Below, one piece after another: positions 44,440 to 53,317 of a DNA stretch of 64,000 nt (position 1 is its first letter; every line of letters begins with the position of its first letter). Origin of the DNA: a virus (taxonomy: Duplodnaviria; Caudoviricetes); IMG/VR virus record IMGVR_UViG_3300032007_000010; one strand, written 5' to 3'. Made by a program: the position numbers and the translations under genes. Below the pieces are notes generated by a model. The model saw only the letters and a program-made list of their open reading frames with translations. It did not search any database and had not been told where the DNA came from.

Positions 44440-45261
44440 ATGTCCAAGAATAAGGATCCGCTGGATATGCTGGTGAACAATCATACCGTCCAGCGAGAAA
44501 TACTAAGGTATGACAATCATGATTACTTCAAGAACCGCATATGGCAATATATGCTGTTGCACAGATCCATGAATGGCAAGTCCCTGGCAGGATGGAGACG
44601 TTCTGATCACGTCGCAGCGACCGGAATTCATGTGGTTGTTGCCAAAAATGCGATACGTGTTGCCTTTTTGACCTCGGATAACATGATAGTCTGCTACAGA
44701 CTCACACTCTCGGGTCTCGCAGAGGACGACATGTATTGTCATGAGCAACTCATCGATGCCGAGATGCTCCATGATACCGCATCCTTCGTCTTTGCCGACA
44801 CCAACGACATCGAAATGCTGAGCACCGAGATTGAGCAGGGGCTTTTGGTGGAGCATGAGCACGAGGTTCATGATCAAGACGGCTTCGTTCTGCTTCGCAT
44901 GCGCAAAGACGACATCTTCGATAGGATCCCTGATATCATCGTCTACTATTCCAGCGAATTGAAGAAGGGTGATATGGCATACATCAATGGAAACTTCATC
45001 ACCACCATGATCGCACTCAAGTTTCCGGCCGCAAACATATCACATCACACCTTCACCCACAACAGCTGGATCACCGGCTATGGATACAATGTCAATGCCA
45101 AGCTCGTCGAAGAGATTCTCCGCGATGTGCGCATGTCGGATAAGGATAGCGTGCTGCGTGTCGAAGATATGGCCATGGCGCTAAACATCTTTGCGTCAGC
45201 CACTACCACCCCATCAAATGCCTACCAAGCACAGGCTCTCTACGATGGCGATCCATTCTAG
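44440..45261 (+). CDS. Hypothetical protein carrying an internal DQDGFVLL tag
   Basis: AAAGGAG RBS; co-transcribed with RNAP beta-N. Confidence 0.8.
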   Translation: MSKNKDPLDMLVNNHTVQREILRYDNHDYFKNRIWQYMLLHRSMNGKSLAGWRRSDHVAATGIHVVVAKNAIRVAFLTSDNMIVCYRLTLSGLAEDDMYCHEQLIDAEMLHDTASFVFADTNDIEMLSTEIEQGLLVEHEHEVHDQDGFVLLRMRKDDIFDRIPDIIVYYSSELKKGDMAYINGNFITTMIALKFPAANISHHTFTHNSWITGYGYNVNAKLVEEILRDVRMSDKDSVLRVEDMAMALNIFASATTTPSNAYQAQALYDGDPF

Positions 45262-45302
45262 AAGCGAACACCGAACATATAGATTTTTGGAGTGATAGCA
45301 GC

Positions 45303-47186
45303 ATGAGAGATTTTCTGGCAGAATATTGCAAGAAGAATGAAAAGAAGATAAACCCTGACCTGTTCAATCGCACATTCGATAAACCGCTGGTGGATTACAT
45401 CGTTGATACCTTCAAGAATCTCGAGGTATTGCCCGCGGTCAAGCTGAGATCCTGGGAATACATCACGGATCAGACCCAGATCCACACCTATGTCAACAAG
45501 CGCAACAAGCGCGATGTCAAGATCAAAAACAACAAGATTCTCGAACGGCTCTATACCATGGACGATTCGATCTACGACCTCTTGGTATTGCATTTTGAGC
45601 TCAAGGTAAAGGGTCAGCGAGCGGATATCGTTCGTCGTGTCTGGGTGCCCAAGGTGGTGGATGGGCACTACTATCTTCGCTCGGGCAAAAAGGTTCTCCC
45701 GCTCATCCAGATCGTGGACAATTCCACCTTCGTAAAGCAGGGCAACAAGAAGGAGGACAATGTTCTCAACTTCAAGACGACGCTGTATCCGATCAAGATC
45801 TATGCGATTCCGACCAAGATCAGCATCCTGGATCATGCCAAAGATGTCATCTGGAAGATTCCGCTCTTCCAGGTCGATCTCTTCACCAAACCCACGAATC
45901 CGCTGCTGTATTTCCTGGCCGAATACGGCATCGAGTCCACACTCGAGATGTTCAACCTCGAGGAGCTCGTTGCCATCACCCATGATGTGCTTGATCCGGA
46001 TCGGTACATGTATACGAAGATCAACAATCACGTGTACATCGAGGTGAACCGCAAGGCATTCTTTGCACATGAGTTTATCCCGCGCTTCGTGGTGACGCTG
46101 CACAATGCCCTCGCCGAGGACAAGCAGAAGCTCACGCTGCAGGATGTCTTTGATCGGGACTATTGGCTCGGTCGTCTCTCCGAGGTATTCTCGAAGAAGA
46201 GAAACCCGAACAAGGGTGAACGCGTGCTCATATCCTTCAAGAAGGTCATGGATCCATACACGAAGAAGCGTCTTCCACTGAAGAAATACCAGAAGAAGAA
46301 CACCTTCACCGTGATGAAGTGGATGCTGACAAACTTCGAGGACCTGCTCAAAAAGGACTCGAATGATTTGGCAACCAAGCGCATGCGCGCCAATGAGACC
46401 CAGGCATTCTTCATCGATTCCTACGTGACGAAAAATGTGAACAGTTTGCTCAACACGGATGATCCGTCCTTCGATCGGTACATGCGTCTATTCAATGCGA
46501 TATCCGAGGACATTGTGCTGAGATCGTCGCATTCGTCGGGAGGGAAATCCTCGCAGACATCGATGTTCCGCTTCGAGCGCTACAATGATTTCACCGCGCT
46601 GGAGCTCTCGCGTTTCACGCTCAAGGGACCGACCGGTCTCAACGGCGGAAAGAAGAAGACCAATCTCAAATATCGTGACATCTATCCGTCTCACCTTGGC
46701 AGGTTCGATCCGAACGTGTGCTCTTCGAGCGATCCAGGACTCACCGGATATCTCTGCATCAATGTTCAGTTCGATGAGAATGGATACTTCGATTCCAAGT
46801 CGGGGAAGTCGGAACCGAATGGGTACGAAGACTCCATCGACAAGGTGATCGAAAAGTATGCCGAACCTGGCTATGCACAGAAACGAGCCGACATCAAACA
46901 GAACGAGCTCAACCGCGATGCTGATGGTTTCATCGTTCTCCACCGTCGCAAATCGCAGAAGGAGATGACGGAGGAGTTCAACAAGAACCCGTGGAAGTAT
47001 GGTCTATATGATGCGGGAGATTATCTACTGCTTCAGCCGCGCTTCGAGGGACAACGTGATCCGAAGGGATTCATGATGCTCCAGCCAAGACGCAAGGAGC
47101 GGCACAAGCTCTTCGAGACCGAACCGCTGCGTGATAGCGAGGGCTTCCTCGTGCTCACCAAGCTCGAAAAGGGCAAGAAGAAATAA
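45303..47186 (+). CDS. Non-virion RNA polymerase beta subunit, N-terminal half (AR9 gp105-like) with a repeat-bearing C-terminal tail
   Basis: VPKVVDGHYYLRSGKKVLPLIQIVD, DYWLGRL, DLATKRMR, YRDIYPSHLGRFD...SSSDPGLTG. Confidence 0.88.
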   Translation: MRDFLAEYCKKNEKKINPDLFNRTFDKPLVDYIVDTFKNLEVLPAVKLRSWEYITDQTQIHTYVNKRNKRDVKIKNNKILERLYTMDDSIYDLLVLHFELKVKGQRADIVRRVWVPKVVDGHYYLRSGKKVLPLIQIVDNSTFVKQGNKKEDNVLNFKTTLYPIKIYAIPTKISILDHAKDVIWKIPLFQVDLFTKPTNPLLYFLAEYGIESTLEMFNLEELVAITHDVLDPDRYMYTKINNHVYIEVNRKAFFAHEFIPRFVVTLHNALAEDKQKLTLQDVFDRDYWLGRLSEVFSKKRNPNKGERVLISFKKVMDPYTKKRLPLKKYQKKNTFTVMKWMLTNFEDLLKKDSNDLATKRMRANETQAFFIDSYVTKNVNSLLNTDDPSFDRYMRLFNAISEDIVLRSSHSSGGKSSQTSMFRFERYNDFTALELSRFTLKGPTGLNGGKKKTNLKYRDIYPSHLGRFDPNVCSSSDPGLTGYLCINVQFDENGYFDSKSGKSEPNGYEDSIDKVIEKYAEPGYAQKRADIKQNELNRDADGFIVLHRRKSQKEMTEEFNKNPWKYGLYDAGDYLLLQPRFEGQRDPKGFMMLQPRRKERHKLFETEPLRDSEGFLVLTKLEKGKKK

Positions 47187-47193
47187 CAACGAT

Positions 47194-47231
47194 GAAGCTC
47201 CCCGGGTCTATTCCCGGGGAGCTTTATTTTT
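47194..47231. terminator. Bidirectional terminator
   Basis: AAGCTCCCCGGG/CCCGGGGAGCTT plus T-run. Confidence 0.85.
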
Positions 47232-47234
47232 ATG

Positions 47235-47471
47235 CTACGTCACCTCGAATGCCCAGACACCATCGCTAATTTCCACGTAGTTCACTTTTCCTGCGATGGC
47301 AAGGTCGTCGAGGATATCATTGATCATGGCTCGATCATTGATTTGATACTCACGTTTGAGTTTGGCATAGAGATCCATCTGGTTGAAATAAGCCGGAAAG
47401 CTCAAGATCGTTTTCTCTATGATCTTTCCCATGTTCTTTTTAGTCAGCAACGTGCACAAGCCTCCAATCAA
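47235..47471 (-). CDS. Small hypothetical protein (possible winged helix); true start may be 47432
   Basis: GGAGG upstream of the internal Met; ends at a terminator. Confidence 0.55.
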   Translation of the reverse strand: MIGGLCTLLTKKNMGKIIEKTILSFPAYFNQMDLYAKLKREYQINDRAMINDILDDLAIAGKVNYVEISDGVWAFEVT

Positions 47472-48275
47472 TCATACCAGGTGATAGTACGAAGCGAATT
47501 GACGGTCCGGGAACGATTTGAGTCTAAGTTCCTTGAGATACTCTTCGCGCTCGGATTCTGCGTTGGACCAATCAAAGCGAAGCTGGAGATTGCCGGATGG
47601 TGTCACGATATCCTCAATGTATCTCAGCGAATGCCAGAGGTACTGTTTTACATCCAGCGATGCGAGCTTCATAAGATGTTCCTTGTACTCCTCCGGGACA
47701 CAATGCAGATTCGGATAGCTGCACTTGAACACGATCTCCGCCGTGGACATGAATGCATAGTTGCGAAGATATACGAGCGCGGTTCCAACACCGCTGGATC
47801 GAAGCTCATGGTACCTCTTCCACGGAAACGCGAAATCTGTCAGGGTACGGTTGTAGGTGTATTCTGAACCCATGAGCACCGCATCGAGCGTGATGTTGTT
47901 TCTGGAAGCGACGATGCTGGAATAGTATGAGCTGCTGTTCGGATCATAGGGATCGACCGTTGCACCATCTGCGGCTCCGGCCCAGCTATTATAGTCAATC
48001 TTCTCTATGCCGAGGATCTTGACACCCCACTTGACCAGTGTCGGATCTTCGATGTAGTATTCGTTGCCGAGCGTATGATTTGGGTTTGCAATCATCTCGT
48101 CCTTCTTGTCGATGGTCAGATAGTAGCGATATAGTCCGGGGAGATAGTTGCTGAAGGTGTCGAGCGTCCTTGTTTCGACGAGTTTCACGAGCACCGGCAA
48201 TGTGCTTTCGAGACCCAGCACGTCGAGTCCGAGGACGCGTTCGAACAGATCCTTGTAGAATCCTTGTACGTTCAT
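47472..48275 (-). CDS. Putative virion structural protein (neck/head-completion-like)
   Basis: Class II promoter; AAGGAGGT RBS; the function is inferred from expression class and C-terminal pattern only. Confidence 0.6.
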   Translation of the reverse strand: MNVQGFYKDLFERVLGLDVLGLESTLPVLVKLVETRTLDTFSNYLPGLYRYYLTIDKKDEMIANPNHTLGNEYYIEDPTLVKWGVKILGIEKIDYNSWAGAADGATVDPYDPNSSSYYSSIVASRNNITLDAVLMGSEYTYNRTLTDFAFPWKRYHELRSSGVGTALVYLRNYAFMSTAEIVFKCSYPNLHCVPEEYKEHLMKLASLDVKQYLWHSLRYIEDIVTPSGNLQLRFDWSNAESEREEYLKELRLKSFPDRQFASYYHLV

Positions 48276-48310
48276 TATGAATAAAACCTCCTTCGGTGAA
48301 ATGTCTCTTA

Positions 48311-48322
48311 TATAGGGATGTT
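48311..48322 (-). promoter_or_regulatory. Class II promoter
   Basis: AACATCCCTATA on the minus strand. Confidence 0.78.
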
Positions 48323-48344
48323 CCGGTTTTTATGACCAGCGGAT

Positions 48345-48355
48345 TATATATTATA
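48345..48355 (+). promoter_or_regulatory. Class I promoter
   Basis: TATATATTATA. Confidence 0.75.
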
Positions 48356-48459
48356 GTGGTGAGATGGGATCAAAGAACCACCCATCCACACATTATCCAT
48401 TGCAAGAGGATATCAATAGATCTTGCTCTTCCGATCCGGAAGTAAAATGGAGGTATACG

Positions 48460-48855
48460 ATGGATAACAACATCAACAGCGCAACCTACGACGCCGTCCA
48501 GAGCGCGAAGCTGCTCCTCGGCAAGATGAAGCTCGAGGGACATTGGACCAACGATCATCAGTACGACCACAATCGCTTGGTGAGCTATCTCAAGGCCATG
48601 AGCTTCGAGGCACGCGTGGTGGCGAGCATGGGAGAATGGGTCCTCGAGAAGGGTTATTACACCTTTGTCTTCATGCCCAAGACCGCCGATGTGATCGAGC
48701 AGATCGAGTCCGGTAAATTCGACGAAGAGCGGGAATTGATCGGCTGGGTTGACGTGCGCATCCGCGAAGATACACACAGCGATTTGCCCAATCGTGGGTT
48801 CTACAACAGGTGCATCATCACCAACATCTCCACCGGCTACTGGAAGGAGGCGTGA
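48460..48855 (+). CDS. Hypothetical protein
   Basis: GGAGGT RBS before ATG 48460. Confidence 0.7.
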   Translation: MDNNINSATYDAVQSAKLLLGKMKLEGHWTNDHQYDHNRLVSYLKAMSFEARVVASMGEWVLEKGYYTFVFMPKTADVIEQIESGKFDEERELIGWVDVRIREDTHSDLPNRGFYNRCIITNISTGYWKEA

Positions 48856-48858
48856 GCG

Positions 48859-50460
48859 ATGGTGGATCTCAAAACCTACGATCGCATGTGTGAACCCGAT
48901 GTGTTTGAGGATCCGTTCATCAAAGAGTTTGATCGACTTGTCGATCTGAGGAATTCGATGGACAAGCAAGCGAGCTCATTGACGGACGATGCGCTCGAAG
49001 AGTTGATACTGCGATATACCAAGGATAAACCCGCCATCGCGAGGGATTATCGCGGTCTTGTCAGTGTCACGAATAGCTGCAGTACGGCCGAGCTATCGGC
49101 AACTCAGAACGTATTTCATATTAAAACGCCGGATGCAGCCAGCATTGATCGATATGAAGAAGTGACGCTTTTGATCGGGAAGAAATTTAGAGAACTCAAA
49201 GCTGTGTGCAGAAAGCTATCCATTAAGCAATCGTGGCTCGAAGATCAATATGACATACATGCTCCAAGCATCAGTCGCATCATAGGGGCGTCTTACCTCA
49301 TTAAAAACCAAAAGCAAATAACGCCCGACAACTATATTGAATTCAGCGAGCAGGAAGTGGTGTCTTTCAAACATTGGTATCGTAGAGTTCTTGCGCGCAT
49401 TGCCAGACTCATCGGTATGGACACAGAGGATATCATGCGCATTCGCTGCGATGATGATGCGGAGGCTGCGCTGAGACCTGGGCTGCGCATGCACATCGAG
49501 GCGGAGATTGCCGATAAACAGCGTGTTCTCGATGAATGCAAGGTGAAACGGACGGAATACAAACAGGAACTGGATCAGCTCCAGCGCAACTGCGACCTTG
49601 TAAAAGATCTATATGCTCAGCAGATGGCGGATCTTGAGAATAAGAAGAATGAGCAGCACACACGATTGCTCGAGCTTCTGACACTGGAGACGCAGGTCAA
49701 AGCTACATACAACGTGATGGATTTCGAGAATCTAAGCAAACCTGAGCTATACTTTTCAATGCAGTTAATGCGAAGCCGCAATGCAACCTCGGTGTGGAGA
49801 AAGTGCGGTCACACATCCATCATCAAAAACTACATGACCTTCATGGAACAGTTCACCGAGGAAGATGATGACCAGGATCTCATCATACGAATGCTCGAAA
49901 GTCCAAGCAATGAAATGTACTGGGGCAACGTGCTGATGAATCTTGCCTCGATCGAATACATCTTCTACAGAGGACGCATGAGCTGTGATCAGATCGAGTA
50001 TCCAAGGGATATGCTGGATGCGGCCGTAAAATTGTATGGTGAATGTGAGTATGATCCGACCGATGAGCATCACAGCAACACGCGCCAGGCGCGCTTCACG
50101 CTCTGTAAGGTAGGACAGATGCGAACCATGTTAAAATACATCACAGATGCCGAAGAGTACGATGCGTCCGCATATCTCAAAGATGTTCTAGAAGAATCCG
50201 CCAGCTACCGAATGAAACAGATGGATGATCCTAGCACTCCGTATGGGAAATACATTGCAGCGAAGAATGAGCAGTGCAGATGGGAAACAAACATTCTTAT
50301 TCCGGCCAACGAGCTCTGTGACAAGCAACTGCGACGGATCAAAGAGACCGAGAAGAAACTGTCGAATATCAAGAGACGGTTTCAGAATGTCGACAAGAGC
50401 ATCAAAGACAACACGGCCACCATCAAGAATCTCAGGAAACAGTTGCAGTCCTACGAATGA
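48859..50460 (+). CDS. Coiled-coil-rich hypothetical protein
   Basis: 533-aa ORF; AAGGAGG RBS; heptad-like segments. Confidence 0.8.
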   Translation: MVDLKTYDRMCEPDVFEDPFIKEFDRLVDLRNSMDKQASSLTDDALEELILRYTKDKPAIARDYRGLVSVTNSCSTAELSATQNVFHIKTPDAASIDRYEEVTLLIGKKFRELKAVCRKLSIKQSWLEDQYDIHAPSISRIIGASYLIKNQKQITPDNYIEFSEQEVVSFKHWYRRVLARIARLIGMDTEDIMRIRCDDDAEAALRPGLRMHIEAEIADKQRVLDECKVKRTEYKQELDQLQRNCDLVKDLYAQQMADLENKKNEQHTRLLELLTLETQVKATYNVMDFENLSKPELYFSMQLMRSRNATSVWRKCGHTSIIKNYMTFMEQFTEEDDDQDLIIRMLESPSNEMYWGNVLMNLASIEYIFYRGRMSCDQIEYPRDMLDAAVKLYGECEYDPTDEHHSNTRQARFTLCKVGQMRTMLKYITDAEEYDASAYLKDVLEESASYRMKQMDDPSTPYGKYIAAKNEQCRWETNILIPANELCDKQLRRIKETEKKLSNIKRRFQNVDKSIKDNTATIKNLRKQLQSYE

Positions 50461-50469
50461 GGTGAATGA

Positions 50470-50501
50470 ACAAACCCGGAGGTGATATCCTCCGGGTTTG
50501 T
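50470..50501. terminator. Hairpin between convergent genes (probable bidirectional terminator)
   Basis: ACAAACCCGGAGG/CCTCCGGGTTTGT. Confidence 0.75.
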
Positions 50502-50507
50502 CTTGTG

Positions 50508-51389
50508 TCACTTGAACAGTTCGTACATGGATGCACCGACCAGCGTGCGGATCGGCATGATGACGGTATCCACACCGTCCTCGTTGATCACCGTGAAGCG
50601 CACGGAGTTCTCGTCGATGACCATGGAGTGAGCATCGATGTCGAACGCATCGCAGATGGTGTTGATCTGTTCCTTCGAGACAGATTCGCTGAGCAGGAAA
50701 TCCTTGAAGGATGGATCATTGCGGAAATCGTAGCTCAGAGCACTTTCGGACATCGTGTTGCCCGCCGGAACGTTGAATTCGTTCACCTGGAGTGATCCGG
50801 GGATCAGCCGTGCATCCTGGGAGCTCGGTCTGAACACATGATCCCAGGTGATGATCTGCAGGCTTGGGAGAACATTGCCCTTGGCATCGACACCGCCGAC
50901 AGATCTGGAGGACACCATGGCCGGGACTCCGGTGAGAATGCGATCACGCAGCATATCTCCGTAGCCGCCGGCCACCGTGGTGTAGGTTCCCTTGAGGAGC
51001 TTACCATCCTTCCAATACTTCTTGAGCATCGCGCACACAAGCTTCGGATCGATGGTCATCTGCCGAATCAGCGCAGATTGATCGCCCGCCTTGCTCGACG
51101 CGATGGATGGGTGTCCATATTCACTCCCAACGCCACCGTTGTTCTTGAGGTCATGCTGGAACAGAGGGTTGTTATCGAGAGCATTCATGAAGATCTGCTC
51201 TCCATAGACCCGTCCATTCCAGTTGCGACGGGCAAATTCGGTGAGCACCATGTTGTAGGTGATGGTGAAGAGCTTGAGGCCATTCTCAAGCGTGATCACA
51301 TCTTCGTTGATGATCTCCATGCCACGACGGGCGGTATCCTCGCTAACGATTGTCTCGTTGAGGAGATAATAGACAGGTTTCATCGCCAT
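50508..51389 (-). CDS. Prohead (head maturation) protease, T4 gp21-like
   Basis: NWNGRVY, SEYGHP, VSSRSVG, ITWDHVFRPS. Confidence 0.88.
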   Translation of the reverse strand: MAMKPVYYLLNETIVSEDTARRGMEIINEDVITLENGLKLFTITYNMVLTEFARRNWNGRVYGEQIFMNALDNNPLFQHDLKNNGGVGSEYGHPSIASSKAGDQSALIRQMTIDPKLVCAMLKKYWKDGKLLKGTYTTVAGGYGDMLRDRILTGVPAMVSSRSVGGVDAKGNVLPSLQIITWDHVFRPSSQDARLIPGSLQVNEFNVPAGNTMSESALSYDFRNDPSFKDFLLSESVSKEQINTICDAFDIDAHSMVIDENSVRFTVINEDGVDTVIMPIRTLVGASMYELFK

Positions 51390-51429
51390 ATGATTCACAC
51401 TCCTTAGAATGAATAATGTTAATTCCTGT

Positions 51430-51441
51430 TATAGGAATGTT
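51430..51441 (-). promoter_or_regulatory. Class II promoter
   Basis: AACATTCCTATA on the minus strand. Confidence 0.78.
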
Positions 51442-51459
51442 CCGGAATTTGGGCAGAGC

Positions 51460-51470
51460 CATATATTATA
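51460..51470 (+). promoter_or_regulatory. Class I promoter
   Basis: CATATATTATA. Confidence 0.75.
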
Positions 51471-51510
51471 TGAATAGTAAACTAGAATAAAAGAAAGGTT
51501 GTGTACAATT

Positions 51511-52539
51511 ATGAAGAACAATGCATCGGACCGCATTCGCGCGGCGCACACCGAGGAGATCGACGAGCTCCTCAAAAAGCTGAGCACGTTGCTCTATGAC
51601 CCCAGTTTCACCCGCAACGCCGAGAACCAGGAAGAGGTGGCAAAATGCACCCTCAGCACCATCTGCGACGGCCTCACCGTGACCGATGCCATCATCGGCA
51701 TGCTCATCGTGGCCAAGCCGGAATTCAAACTCGAAACCATCGACGAGGATGAGAAGGTCAGACTTGATCTGACTCTCGAGGTTGACGAAGATGAGGAAGA
51801 CAAGGGTCCGTTCCTCGCCATTGACTCCTGCGCCGTCTTTGCCTATGACTACAACAATGACGAAGATGATGATCAGGACGATGACGATGAGGACATGTTC
51901 GAGCCGCTGCTCAACCTCGACATCGTGGCTCCTCCCACCGATCCGAACTTCCTCGAACAGCTCGAGCGGCTTGATGAGTCCAGTCTCGTATCCTATCGCT
52001 TTGACGAAGAGGACCAGACTCCCGAGGTTAACCTCATGCTTGATCCGACCGGTGAACACATTGTCCTCAATGCGAATCTGGTGCCCGAAGATTTCATCGA
52101 CGATAAGGAAGTCGCCGCCAGATGCAAGATCTTCGCGCATCCCAATGGCATGGATCATTTTGTGATGATCCCCGTCGCGCTGACCAGAGAGCTGCATCTT
52201 GCGCTGCGCCTCGACAGCACCGAAGATGTTGGGGAGGCACTCCAGACCATCAAAAACAACATGGATGACGTGGCGTCGATTGACGAGTTCTTCCGTGATG
52301 TATATATCAAGATCGGCGCGGAGATCGATGAGATTCCCGGAGACATCATGTGCCCCGGCGACGATACCATCATCGTGAGCGGCGATCTCACCATCGGTGA
52401 GGACTTCGAGAACGAAGATGATGAGTACGTGCCGATCATCAAGCTCAAGTCTCATCGCATCGAAGGTGGCACCTCCGTGGAGCTCAACTTCAGCACCGGC
52501 GTCATGGCCAGCGGCATGCATGCGCATGAGGATGACTGA
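51511..52539 (+). CDS. Highly acidic hypothetical protein
   Basis: D/E-rich throughout; AAAGG RBS. Confidence 0.8.
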   Translation: MKNNASDRIRAAHTEEIDELLKKLSTLLYDPSFTRNAENQEEVAKCTLSTICDGLTVTDAIIGMLIVAKPEFKLETIDEDEKVRLDLTLEVDEDEEDKGPFLAIDSCAVFAYDYNNDEDDDQDDDDEDMFEPLLNLDIVAPPTDPNFLEQLERLDESSLVSYRFDEEDQTPEVNLMLDPTGEHIVLNANLVPEDFIDDKEVAARCKIFAHPNGMDHFVMIPVALTRELHLALRLDSTEDVGEALQTIKNNMDDVASIDEFFRDVYIKIGAEIDEIPGDIMCPGDDTIIVSGDLTIGEDFENEDDEYVPIIKLKSHRIEGGTSVELNFSTGVMASGMHAHEDD

Positions 52540-52540
52540 T

Positions 52541-52906
52541 ATGATCAGAGAATATAACAAATTGGTTCGAGACAAGATCCCCGAAATCCTTGATCAAAAG
52601 GGGATCAAATACGGAGTCCACCAGGAAGCCGATCACCGGGAGATAATCAGACTCCTCATTGACAAGGTGGACGAGGAGGCCAAGGAAATCCGCGAGGTCA
52701 TCGAGAATCCGGCCGGATACTTCACCAACACCGTGGCCGATGAGATCGGCGACCTCTACGAGGTTCTTGATGCTCTCACCAGGGAGCTTGGTCTTGATGC
52801 AGATCTTGTCGGAACTATGCAGGCCAAGAAGTTGGAACGTCGCGGCGGCTTCCAGAACCACACCGTCCTCGAATGGACCGAGGATAACCAACATTCAACA
52901 AAATAG
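52541..52906 (+). CDS. MazG-like / PRA-PH-like NTP pyrophosphohydrolase
   Basis: YNKLVRDKIPEI, EEAKE, DEIGDLYEV, RGGF. Confidence 0.88.
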   Translation: MIREYNKLVRDKIPEILDQKGIKYGVHQEADHREIIRLLIDKVDEEAKEIREVIENPAGYFTNTVADEIGDLYEVLDALTRELGLDADLVGTMQAKKLERRGGFQNHTVLEWTEDNQHSTK

Positions 52907-52918
52907 GAGGATAATGCA

Positions 52919-53317
52919 ATGAGCAAGTACAAAGACTTTTGGTGGTGCATGGAGAACGATTCCGAACCCTTGACCCTGTCTCCCGATGCGAAGCACCCCA
53001 TCCGCGGAGTATTCACCAACATGCATGTGGATCGTAGCACGGTTCCCGAGGGAATCCATGCCTATGATATCCGTCACCGCGATGACACCGGAACCCCGTA
53101 CAGCATCGAGCCGATGGTGCAGGTCAATCACTATGGCACCTTCCTCACCCGCGAAGAACTGAAGATGACCCACATCGAGGATCATGATCGCAGCAAGATC
53201 GCAAAGATACTCGGAGGATCCAATACGGTTCACAGAGAATGGAGAGGTATGGGCTCCTGGACCTTCGATGCCGGCGATCCATACGAGATCCTCAGCGTCG
53301 AGAGGAGAGTATCCTGA
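52919..53317 (+). CDS. LPD28 (large polyvalent protein-associated) domain protein
   Basis: FTN..VDRSTVPEG..AYDIRH.DD.G.P.SIE..V.VNHYGT. Confidence 0.75.
   Translation: MSKYKDFWWCMENDSEPLTLSPDAKHPIRGVFTNMHVDRSTVPEGIHAYDIRHRDDTGTPYSIEPMVQVNHYGTFLTREELKMTHIEDHDRSKIAKILGGSNTVHREWRGMGSWTFDAGDPYEILSVERRVS

Noticed and set aside
9689-52930. Recurrent MSK(N/K)K N-termini on several proteins as a second signal
   Set aside because: A-rich 5' codons are commonly selected for translation initiation, so this cannot be separated from that effect.
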